This document shows positions 1 through 11,400 of a stretch of 64,000 nucleotides of DNA, piece by piece. Every line of letters begins with the position of its first letter. Position 1 is the first letter of the stretch. This DNA comes from the human T2T-CHM13v2.0 reference genome, Homo sapiens. The DNA lies in NCBI RefSeq assembly GCF_009914755.1, contig NC_060932.1. One strand, given 5' to 3'. The notes beneath the pieces are model-generated. The model was not told the origin of the DNA. It saw only the letters and a list, made by a program, of their open reading frames with translations, and did no database searches. The translations under genes and the position numbers were made by a program.

Positions 1-183
1 GGGCTTTGTAGCCTATGTGGAAAAAGGAAATATCTTCCCATGAATGCGAGATAGAAGTAATCTCAGAAACATGTTTATGCTGTATCTACTCAACTAACTG
101 TGCTGAACATTTCTATTGATAGAGCAGTTTTGAGACACTCTTCTTTTGGAATCTGCAAGTGGATATTTGGAGAGATTTGAGGA

Positions 184-200
184 TTTCGTTGGAAACGGGA
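184..200 (+). other. CENP-B box (representative, intact; recurs in the first monomer of each unit)
   Basis: TTTCGTTGGAAACGGGA matches the 17-bp NTTCGNNNNANNCGGGN consensus. Confidence 0.97.
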
Positions 201-522
201 TTATATATAAAAAGTAGACAGCAGCATTCTCAGAAACTTCTTTGTGATGTTTGCATCCAGCTCTCAGAGTTGAACATTCCCTTTCATAGAGTAGGTTTGA
301 AACCCTCTTTTTATAGTGTCTGGAAGCGGGCATTTGGAGCGCTTTCAGGCCTATGCTTAAAATAGGAAATATCTACCTACAGAAACTAGACAGAAGCATT
401 CTGAGAATCTCGTTTGTGATGTGGGTACTCAACTAACAGTGTTGATCCATTCTTTTGATACAGCAGTTTTGAACCACACTTTTTGTAGAATCTGCAAGAG
501 GATATTTGGATAGCTGTGAGGA

Positions 523-539
523 TTTCGTTGGAAACGGGA
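523..539 (+). other. CENP-B box (intact, 8-mer monomer 3)
   Basis: TTTCGTTGGAAACGGGA. Confidence 0.96.
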
Positions 540-693
540 ATGTCTTCAAAGAAAATCTAGACAGAAACATTCTCAGAAACACCTTCGTGATGTTTGCAAT
601 CAAGTCACAGAGTTGAACCTTCCGTTTCATAGAGCAGGTTGGAAACACTCTTATTGTAGTATCTGGAAGTGGACATTTGGAGCGCTTTCAGGC

Positions 694-710
694 CTATGGT
701 GAAAAAGGAA
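694..710 (+). other. pJalpha (A-box) motif, 8-mer monomer 4
   Basis: CTATGGTGAAAAAGGAA matches CTAYGGTGRAAAAGGAA at the position homologous to the CENP-B box. Confidence 0.85.
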
Positions 711-863
711 ATATCTTCCCATAAAAACGACATAGAAGCTATCTCAGGAACTTGTTTATGAGGCATCTAATCAACTAACAGTGTTGAACCTTTGTACTGA
801 CAGAGCAGTTTGAAACACTCTTTTTTTGGAATCTGCAAGTGGATATTTGGATCGCTTTGAGGA

Positions 864-880
864 TTTCGTTGGAAACGGGA
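864..880 (+). other. CENP-B box (intact, 8-mer monomer 5)
   Basis: TTTCGTTGGAAACGGGA. Confidence 0.96.
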
Positions 881-1030
881 TGCAATATAAAACGTACACA
901 GCAGCATACTCAGAAAATTCTTTGCCATATTTCCATTCAAGTCACAGAGTGGAACATTCCCATTCATAGAGCAGGTTGGAAACACTCTTTTTGGAGTATC
1001 TGGAAGTGGACATTTGGAGCGCTTTCTGAA

Positions 1031-1047
1031 CTATGGTGAAAAAGGAA
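1031..1047 (+). other. pJalpha (A-box) motif, 8-mer monomer 6
   Basis: CTATGGTGAAAAAGGAA. Confidence 0.85.
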
Positions 1048-1201
1048 ATATCTTCCAATGAAAACAAGACAGAAGCATTCTGAGAAACTTATTTGTGATG
1101 TGTGTCCTCAACAAACGGACTTGAACCTTTCGTTTCATGCAGTACTTCTGGAACACTCTTTTTGAAGATTCTGCATGCGGATATTTGGATAGCTTTGAGG
1201 A

Positions 1202-1218
1202 TTTCGTTGGAAACGGGC
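1202..1218 (+). other. CENP-B box (core intact, 8-mer monomer 7)
   Basis: TTTCGTTGGAAACGGGC; the nine core positions are retained. Confidence 0.94.
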
Positions 1219-1877
1219 TTACATGTAAAAATTAGACAGCAGCATTCTCAGAAACTTCTTTGTGGTGTCTGCATTCAAGTCACAGAATTGAACATCCCCT
1301 CACATAGAGCAGTTGTGCAGCACTCTATTTGTAGTATCTGGAAGTGGACATTTGGAGGGCTTTGTAGCCTATGTGGAAAAAGGAAATATCTTCCCATGAA
1401 TGCGAGATAGAAGTAATCTCAGAAACATGTTTATGCTGTATCTACTCAACTAACTGTGCTGAACATTTCTATTGATAGAGCAGTTTTGAGACACTCTTCT
1501 TTTGGAATCTGCAAGTGGATATTTGGATAGATTTGAGGATTTCGTTGGAAACGGGATTATATATAAAAAGTAGACAGCAGCATTCTCAGAAACTTCTTTG
1601 TGATGTTTGCATCCAGCTCTCAGAGTTGAACATTCCCTTTCATAGAGTAGGTTTGAAACCCTCTTTTTATAGTGTCTGGAAGCGGGCATTTGGAGCGCTT
1701 TCAGGCCTATGCTGAAAAAGGAAATATCTACCTATAGAAACTAGACAGAAGCATTCTGAGAATCACGTTTGTGATGTGGGTACTCAACTAACAGTGTTGA
1801 TCCATTCTTTTGATACAGCAGTTTTGAACCACACTTTTTGTAGAATCTGCAAGTGGATATTTGGATAGCTGTGAGGA

Positions 1878-2065
1878 TTTCGTTGGAAACGGGAATGTCT
1901 TCATAGAAAATTTAGACAGAAGCATTCTCAGAACCTTGATTGTGATGTGTGTTCTCCACTAACAGAGTTGAACCTTTCTTTTGACAGAACTGTTCTGAAA
2001 CATTCTTTTTATAGAATCTGGAAGTGGATATTTGGAAAGCTTTGAGGATTTCGTTGGAAACGGGA
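1878..2065 (+). other. Pair of intact CENP-B boxes in adjacent monomers (1878-1894 and 2049-2065)
   Basis: Two TTTCGTTGGAAACGGGA copies 171 bp apart; repeated in each 7-mer. Confidence 0.95.
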
Positions 2066-2390
2066 ATATCTTCAAATCAAATCTAGCCAGAAGCATTCTA
2101 AGAAACATCTTAGGGATGTTTACATTCAAGTCACAGAGTTGAACATTCCCTTTCACAGAGCAGGTTTGAAACAATCTTCTCGTACTATCTGGCAGTGGAC
2201 ATTTTGAGCTCCTTGGGGCCTATGCTGAAAAAGGAAATATCTTCCGACAAAAACTAGACAGAAGCATTCGCAGAATCACGTTTGTGATGTGTGCACTCAA
2301 CTGTCAGAATTGAACCTTGGTTTGGACAGAGCACTTTTGAAACACTCTTTTTGTAGAATCTGCAGGTGGATATTTGGCTAGCTTTGAGGA

Positions 2391-2407
2391 TTTCGTTGGA
2401 AACGGTA
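2391..2407 (+). other. Degenerate CENP-B box (CGGG>CGGT), fixed in 7-mer monomer 6
   Basis: TTTCGTTGGAAACGGTA alters a core G of the consensus. Confidence 0.92.
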
Positions 2408-5400
2408 ATGTCTTCAAAGAAAATCTAGACAGAAGCATTCTCAGAAACACCTTCGTGATGTTTGCAATCAAGTCACAGAGTTGAACCTTCCGTTTCATAG
2501 AGCAGGTTGGAAACACTCTTTTTGTAGTATCTGGAAGTGGACATTTGGAGGGCTTTGTAGCCTATGTGGAAAAAGGAAATATCTTCCCATGAATGCGAGA
2601 TAGAAGTAATCTCAGAAACATGTTTATGCTGTATCTACTCAACTAACTGTGCTGAACATTTCTATTGATAGAGCAGTTTTGAGACACTCTTCTTTTGGAA
2701 TCTGCAAGTGGATATTTGGAGAGATTTGAGGATTTCGTTGGAAACGGGATTATATATAAAAAGTAGACAGCAGCATTCTCAGAAACTTCTTTGTGATGTT
2801 TGCATCCAGCTCTCAGAGTTGAACATTCCCTTTCATAGAGTAGGTTTGAAACCCTCTTTTTATAGTGTCTGGAAGCGGGCATTTGGAGCGCTTTCAGGCC
2901 TATGCTTAAAATAGGAAATATCTACCTACAGAAACTAGACAGAAGCATTCTGAGAATCACGTTTGTGATGTGGGTACTCAACTAACAGTGTTGATCCATT
3001 CTTTTGATACAGCAGTTTTGAACCACACTTTTTGTAGAATCTGCAAGAGGATATTTGGATAGCTGTGAGGATTTCGTTGGAAACGGGAATGTCTTCAAAG
3101 AAAATCTAGACAGAAGCATTCTCAGAAACACCTTCGTGATGTTTGCAATCAAGTCACAGAGTTGAACCTTCCGTTTCATAGAGCAGGTTGGAAACACTCT
3201 TATTGTAGTATCTGGAAGTGGACATTTGGAGCGCTTTCAGGCCTATGGTGAAAAAGGAAATATCTTCCCATAAAAACGACATAGAAGCTATCTCAGGAAC
3301 TTGTTTATGATGCATCTAATCAACTAACAGTGTTGAACCTTTGTACTGACAGAGCAGTTTGAAACACTCTTTTTTTGGAATCTGCAAGTGGATATTTGGA
3401 TCGCTTTGAGGATTTCGTTGGAAACGGGATGCAATATAAAACGTACACAGCAGCATACTCAGAAAATACTTTGCCATATTTCCATTCAAGTCACAGAGTG
3501 GAACATTCCCATTCATAGAGCAGGTTGGAAACACTCTTTTTGGAGTATCTGGAAGTGGACATTTGGAGCGCTTTCTGAACTATGGTGAAAAAGGAAATAT
3601 CTTCCAATGAAAACAAGACAGAAGCATTCTGAGAAACTTATTTGTGATGTGTGTCCTCAACAAACGGACTTGAACCTTTCGTTTCATGCAGTACTTCTGG
3701 AACACTCTTTTTGAAGATTCTGCATGCGGATATTTGGATAGCTTTGAGGATTTCGTTGGAAACGGGCTTACATGTAAAAATTAGACAGCAGCATTCTCAG
3801 AAACTTCTTTGTGGTGTCTGCATTCAAGTCACAGAATTGAACTTCCCCTCACATAGAGCAGTTGTGCAGCACTCTATTTGTAGTATCTGGAAGTGGACAT
3901 TTGGAGGGCTTTGTAGCCTATCTGGAAAAAGGAAATATCTTCCCATGAATGCGAGATAGAAGTAATCTCAGAAACATGTTTATGCTGTATCTACTCAACT
4001 AACTGTGCTGAACATTTCTATTGATAGAGCAGTTTTGAGACACTCTTCTTTTGGAATCTGCAAGTGGATATTTGGATAGATTTGAGGATTTCGTTGGAAA
4101 CGGGATTATATATAAAAAGTAGACAGCAGCATTCTCAGAAACTTCTTTGTGATGTTTGCATCCAGCTCTCAGAGTTGAACATTCCCTTTCATAGAGTAGG
4201 TTTGAAACCCTCTTTTTATAGTGTCTGGAAGCGGGCATTTGGAGCGCTTTCAGGCCTATGCTGAAAAAGGAAATATCTACCTATAGAAACTAGACAGAAG
4301 CATTCTGAGAATCACGTTTGTGATGTGGGTACTCAACTAACAGTGTTGATCCATTCTTTTGATACAGCAGTTTTGAACCACACTTTTTGTAGAATCTGCA
4401 AGTGGATATTTGGATAGCTGTGAGGATTTCGTTGGAAACGGGAATGTCTTCATAGAAAATTTAGACAGAAGCATTCTCAGAACCTTGATTGTGATGTGTG
4501 TTCTCCACTAACAGAGTTGAACCTTTCTTTTGACAGAACTGTTCTGAAACATTCTTTTTATAGAATCTGGAAGTGGATATTTGGAAAGCTTTGAGGATTT
4601 CGTTGGAAACGGGAATATCTTCAAATCAAATCTAGCCAGAAGCATTCTAAGAAACATCTTAGGGATGTTTACATTCAAGTCACAGAGTTGAACATTCCCT
4701 TTCACAGAGCAGGTTTGAAACAATCTTCTCGTACTATCTGGCAGTGGACATTTTGAGCTCCTTGGGGCCTATGCTGAAAAAGGAAATATCTTCCGACAAA
4801 AACTAGACAGAAGCATTCGCAGAATCACGTTTGTGATGTGTGCACTCAACTGTCAGAATTGAACCTTGGTTTGGACAGAGCACTTTTGAAACACTCTTTT
4901 TGTAGAATCTGCAGGTGGATATTTGGCTAGCTTTGAGGATTTCGTTGGAAACGGTAATGTCTTCAAAGAAAATCTAGACAGAAGCATTCTCAGAAACACC
5001 TTCGTGATGTTTGCAATCAAGTCACAGAGTTGAACCTTCCGTTTCATAGAGCAGGTTGGAAACACTCTTTTTGTAGTATCTGGAAGTGGACATTTGGAGG
5101 GCTTTGTAGCCTATGTGGAAAAAGGAAATATCTTCCCATGAATGCGAGATAGAAGTAATCTCAGAAACATGTTTATGCTGTATCTACTCAACTAACTGTG
5201 CTGAACATTTCTATTGATAGAGCAGTTTTGAGACACTCTTCTTTTGGAATCTGCAAGTGGATATTTGGAGAGATTTGAGGATTTCGTTGGAAACGGGATT
5301 ATATATAAAAAGTAGACAGCAGCATTCTCAGAAACTTCTTTGTGATGTTTGCATCCAGCTCTCAGAGTTGAACATTCCCTTTCATAGAGTAGGTTTGAAA

Positions 5401-8400
5401 CCCTCTTTTTATAGTGTCTGGAAGCGGGCATTTGGAGCGCTTTCAGGCCTATGCTTAAAATAGGAAATATCTACCTACAGAAACTAGACAGAAGCATTCT
5501 GAGAATCTCGTTTGTGATGTGGGTACTCAACTAACAGTGTTGATCCATTCTTTTGATACAGCAGTTTTGAACCACACTTTTTGTAGAATCTGCAAGAGGA
5601 TATTTGGATAGCTGTGAGGCTTTCGTTGGAAACGGGAATGTCTTCAAAGAAAATCTAGACAGAAACATTCTCAGAAACACCTTCGTGATGTTTGCAATCA
5701 AGTCACAGAGTTGAACCTTCCGTTTCATAGAGCAGGTTGGAAACACTCTTATTGTAGTATCTGGAAGTGGACATTTGGAGCGCTTTCAGGCCTATGGTGA
5801 AAAAGGAAATATCTTCCCATAAAAACGACATAGAAGCTATCTCAGGAACTTGTTTATGAGGCATCTAATCAACTAACAGTGTTGAACCTTTGTACTGACA
5901 GAGCAGTTTGAAACACTCTTTTTTTGGAATCTGCAAGTGGATATTTGGATCGCTTTGAGGATTTCGTTGGAAACGGGATGCAATATAAAACGTACACAGC
6001 AGCATACTCAGAAAATTCTTTGCCATATTTCCATTCAAGTCACAGAGTGGAACATTCCCATTCATAGAGCAGGTTGGAAACACTCTTTTTGGAGTATCTG
6101 GAAGTGGACATTTGGAGCGCTTTCTGAACTATGGTGAAAAAGGAAATATCTTCCAATGAAAACAAGACAGAAGCATTCTGAGAAACTTATTTGTGATGTG
6201 TGTCCTCAACAAACGGACTTGAACCTTTCGTTTCATGCAGTACTTCTGGAACACTCTTTTTGAAGATTCTGCATGCGGATATTTGGATAGCTTTGAGGAT
6301 TTCGTTGGAAACGGGCTTACATGTAAAAATTAGACAGCAGCATTCTCAGAAACTTCTTTGTGGTGTCTGCATTCAAGTCACAGAATTGAACATCCCCTCA
6401 CATAGAGCAGTTGTGCAGCACTCTATTTGTAGTATCTGGAAGTGGACATTTGGAGGGCTTTGTAGCCTATGTGGAAAAAGGAAATATCTTCCCATGAATG
6501 CGAGATAGAAGTAATCTCAGAAACATGTTTATGCTGTATCTACTCAACTAACTGTGCTGAACATTTCTATTGATAGAGCAGTTTTGAGACACTCTTCTTT
6601 TGGAATCTGCAAGTGGATATTTGGATAGATTTGAGGATTTCGTTGGAAACGGGATTATATATCAAAAGTAGACAGCAGCATTCTCAGAAACTTCTTTGTG
6701 ATGTTTGCATCCAGCTCTCAGAGTTGAACATTCCCTTTCATAGAGTAGGTTTGAAACCCTCTTTTTATAGTGTCTGGAAGCGGGCATTTGGAGCGCTTTC
6801 AGGCCTATGCTGAAAAAGGAAATATCTACCTATAGAAACTAGACAGAAGCATTCTGAGAATCACGTTTGTGATGTGGGTACTCAACTAACAGTGTTGATC
6901 CATTCTTTTGATACAGCAGTTTTGAACCACACTTTTTGTAGAATCTGCAAGTGGATATTTGGATAGCTGTGAGGATTTCGTTGGAAACGGGAATGTCTTC
7001 ATAGAAAATTTAGACAGAAGCATTCTCAGAACCTTGATTGTGATGTGTGTTCTCCACTAACAGAGTTGAACCTTTCTTTTGACAGAACTGTTCTGAAACA
7101 TTCTTTTTATAGAATCTGGAAGTGGATATTTGGAAAGCTTTGAGGATTTCGTTGGAAACGGGAATATCTTCAAATCAAATCTAGCCAGAAGCATTCTAAG
7201 AAACATCTTAGGGATGTTTACATTCAAGTCACAGAGTTGAACATTCCCTTTCACAGAGCAGGTTTGAAACAATCTTCTCGTACTATCTGGCAGTGGACAT
7301 TTTGAGCTCCTTGGGGCCTATGCTGAAAAAGGAAATATCTTCCGACAAAAACTAGACAGAAGCATTCGCAGAATCACGTTTGTGATGTGTGCACTCAACT
7401 GTCAGAATTGAACCTTGGTTTGGACAGAGCACTTTTGAAACACTCTTTTTGTAGAATCTGCAGGTGGATATTTGGCTAGCTTTGAGGATTTCGTTGGAAA
7501 CGGTAATGTCTTCAAAGAAAATCTAGACAGAAGCATTCTCAGAAACACCTTCGTGATGTTTGCAATCAAGTCACAGAGTTGAACCTTCCGTTTCATAGAG
7601 CAGGTTGGAAACACTCTTTTTGTAGTATCTGGAAGTGGACATTTGGAGGGCTTTGTAGCCTATGTGGAAAAAGGAAATATCTTCCCATGAATGCGAGATA
7701 GAAGTAATCTCAGAAACATGTTTATGCTGTATCTACTCAACTAACTGTGCTGAACATTTCTATTGATAGAGCAGTTTTGAGACACTCTTCTTTTGGAATC
7801 TGCAAGTGGATATTTGGAGAGATTTGAGGATTTCGTTGGAAACGGGATTATATATAAAAAGTAGACAGCAGCATTCTCAGAAACTTCTTTGTGATGTTTG
7901 CATCCAGCTCTCAGAGTTGAACATTCCCTTTCATAGAGTAGGTTTGAAACCCTCTTTTTATAGTGTCTGGAAGCGGGCATTTGGAGCGCTTTCAGGCCTA
8001 TGCTTAAAATAGGAAATATCTACCTACAGAAACTAGACAGAAGCATTCTGAGAATCACGTTTGTGATGTGGGTACTCAACTAACAGTGTTGATCCATTCT
8101 TTTGATACAGCAGTTTTGAACCACACTTTTTGTAGAATCTGCAAGAGGATATTTGGATAGCTGTGAGGATTTCGTTGGAAACGGGGATGTCTTCAAAGAA
8201 AATCTAGACAGAAGCATTCTCAGAAACACCTTCGTGATGTTTGCAATCAAGTCACAGAGTTGAACCTTCCGTTTCATAGAGCAGGTTGGAAACACTCTTA
8301 TTGTAGTATCTGGAAGTGGACATTTGGAGCGCTTTCAGGCCTATGGTGAAAAAGGAAATATCTTCCCATAAAAACGACATAGAAGCTATCTCAGGAACTT

Positions 8401-11400
8401 GTTTATGATGCATCTAATCAACTAACAGTGTTGAACCTTTGTACTGACAGAGCAGTTTGAAACACTCTTTTTTTGGAATCTGCAAGTGGATATTTGGATC
8501 GCTTTGAGGATTTCGTTGGAAACGGGATGCAATATAAAACGTACACAGCAGCATACTCAGAAAATACTTTGCCATATTTCCATTCAAGTCACAGAGTGGA
8601 ACATTCCCATTCATAGAGCAGGTTGGAAACACTCTTTTTGGAGTATCTGGAAGTGGACATTTGGAGCGCTTTCTGAACTATGGTGAAAAAGGAAATATCT
8701 TCCAATGAAAACAAGACAGAAGCATTCTGAGAAACTTATTTGTGATGTGTGTCCTCAACAAACGGACTTGAACCTTTCGTTTCATGCAGTACTTCTGGAA
8801 CACTCTTTTTGAAGATTCTGCATGCGGATATTTGGATAGCTTTGAGGATTTCGTTGGAAACGGGCTTACATGTAAAAATTAGACAGCAGCATTCTCAGAA
8901 ACTTCTTTGTGGTGTCTGCATTCAAGTCACAGAATTGAACTTCCCCTCACATAGAGCAGTTGTGCAGCACTCTATTTGTAGTATCTGGAAGTGGACATTT
9001 GGAGGGCTTTGTAGCCTATCTGGAAAAAGGAAATATCTTCCCATGAATGCGAGATAGAAGTAATCTCAGAAACATGTTTATGCTGTATCTACTCAACTAA
9101 CTGTGCTGAACATTTCTATTGATAGAGCAGTTTTGAGACACTCTTCTTTTGGAATCTGCAAGTGGATATTTGGATAGATTTGAGGATTTCGTTGGAAACG
9201 GGATTATATATAAAAAGTAGACAGCAGCATTCTCAGAAACTTCTTTGTGATGTTTGCATCCAGCTCTCAGAGTTGAACATTCCCTTTCATAGAGTAGGTT
9301 TGAAACCCTCTTTTTATAGTGTCTGGAAGCGGGCATTTGGAGCGCTTTCAGGCCTATGCTGAAAAAGGAAATATCTACCTATAGAAACTAGACAGAAGCA
9401 TTCTGAGAATCACGTTTGTGATGTGGGTACTCAACTAACAGTGTTGATCCATTCTTTTGATACAGCAGTTTTGAACCACACTTTTTGTAGAATCTGCAAG
9501 TGGATATTTGGATAGCTGTGAGGATTTCGTTGGAAACGGGAATGTCTTCATAGAAAATTTAGACAGAAGCATTCTCAGAACCTTGATTGTGATGTGTGTT
9601 CTCCACTAACAGAGTTGAACCTTTCTTTTGACAGAACTGTTCTGAAACATTCTTTTTATAGAATCTGGAAGTGGATATTTGGAAAGCTTTGAGGATTTCG
9701 TTGGAAACGGGAATATCTTCAAATCAAATCTAGCCAGAAGCATTCTAAGAAACATCTTAGGGATGTTTACATTCAAGTCACAGAGTTGAACATTCCCTTT
9801 CACAGAGCAGGTTTGAAACAATCTTCTCGTACTATCTGGCAGTGGACATTTTGAGCTCCTTGGGGCCTATGCTGAAAAAGGAAATATCTTCCGACAAAAA
9901 CTAGACAGAAGCATTCGCAGAATCACGTTTGTGATGTGTGCACTCAACTGTCAGAATTGAACCTTGGTTTGGACAGAGCACTTTTGAAACACTCTTTTTG
10001 TAGAATCTGCAGGTGGATATTTGGCTAGCTTTGAGGATTTCGTTGGAAACGGTAATGTCTTCAAAGAAAATCTAGACAGAAGCATTCTCAGAAACACCTT
10101 CGTGATGTTTGCAATCAAGTCACAGAGTTGAACCTTCCGTTTCATAGAGCAGGTTGGAAACACTCTTTTTGTAGTATCTGGAAGTGGACATTTGGAGGGC
10201 TTTGTAGCCTATGTGGAAAAAGGAAATATCTTCCCATGAATGCGAGATAGAAGTAATCTCAGAAACATGTTTATGCTGTATCTACTCAACTAACTGTGCT
10301 GAACATTTCTATTGATAGAGCAGTTTTGAGACACTCTTCTTTTGGAATCTGCAAGTGGATATTTGGAGAGATTTGAGGATTTCGTTGGAAACGGGATTAT
10401 ATATAAAAAGTAGACAGCAGCATTCTCAGAAACTTCTTTGTGATGTTTGCATCCAGCTCTCAGAGTTGAACATTCCCTTTCATAGAGTAGGTTTGAAACC
10501 CTCTTTTTATAGTGTCTGGAAGCGGGCATTTGGAGCGCTTTCAGGCCTATGCTTAAAATAGGAAATATCTACCTACAGAAACTAGACAGAAGCATTCTGA
10601 GAATCACGTTTGTGATGTGGGTACTCAACTAACAGTGTTGATCCATTCTTTTGATACAGCAGTTTTGAACCACACTTTTTGTAGAATCTGCAAGAGGATA
10701 TTTGGATAGCTGTGAGGATTTCGTTGGAAACGGGAATGTCTTCAAAGAAAATCTAGACAGAAGCATTCTCAGAAACACCTTCGTGATGTTTGCAATCAAG
10801 TCACAGAGTTGAACCTTCCGTTTCATAGAGCAGGTTGGAAACACTCTTATTGTAGTATCTGGAAGTGGACATTTGGAGCGCTTTCAGGCCTATGGTGAAA
10901 AAGGAAATATCTTCCCATAAAAACGACATAGAAGCTATCTCAGGAACTTGTTTATGATGCATCTAATCAACTAACAGTGTTGAACCTTTGTACTGACAGA
11001 GCAGTTTGAAACACTCTTTTTTTGGAATCTGCAAGTGGATATTTGGATCGCTTTGAGGATTTCGTTGGAAACGGGATGCAATATAAAACGTACACAGCAG
11101 CATACTCAGAAAATACTTTGCCATATTTCCATTCAAGTCACAGAGTGGAACATTCCCATTCATAGAGCAGGTTGGAAACACTCTTTTTGGAGTATCTGGA
11201 AGTGGACATTTGGAGCGCTTTCTGAACTATGGTGAAAAAGGAAATATCTTCCAATGAAAACAAGACAGAAGCATTCTGAGAAACTTATTTGTGATGTGTG
11301 TCCTCAACAAACGGACTTGAACCTTTCGTTTCATGCAGTACTTCTGGAACACTCTTTTTGAAGATTCTGCATGCGGATATTTGGATAGCTTTGAGGATTT

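Larger units (their letters stand above)
49..1404 (+). repeat. Representative 8-monomer HOR unit (1356 bp), B-A-B-A-B-A-B-A; 27 complete copies plus 1 partial in the window
   Basis: CENP-B boxes at 184, 523, 864 and 1202 (~340-bp spacing). Diagnostic strings CTATGCTTAAAATAGG, GATGCAATATAAAACGTACAC and GGCTTACATGTAAAAATTAG. Confidence 0.96.
1405..2597 (+). repeat. Representative 7-monomer HOR unit (1193 bp), B-A-B-B-A-B-A; 21 copies in the window
   Basis: Box positions 1540, 1878, 2049 and 2391. Diagnostic strings CTATGCTGAAAAAGG, GAACCTTGATTGTG, GAGCTCCTTGGGGCC and GGAAACGGTAATG. Confidence 0.96.

Noticed and set aside
201-214. TATATATAAAAAG TATA-box-like motif in each unit
   Set aside because: It is the AT-rich monomer end next to the CENP-B box. 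Nothing in the sequence supports promoter function, and alpha-satellite transcription cannot be inferred from sequence alone.
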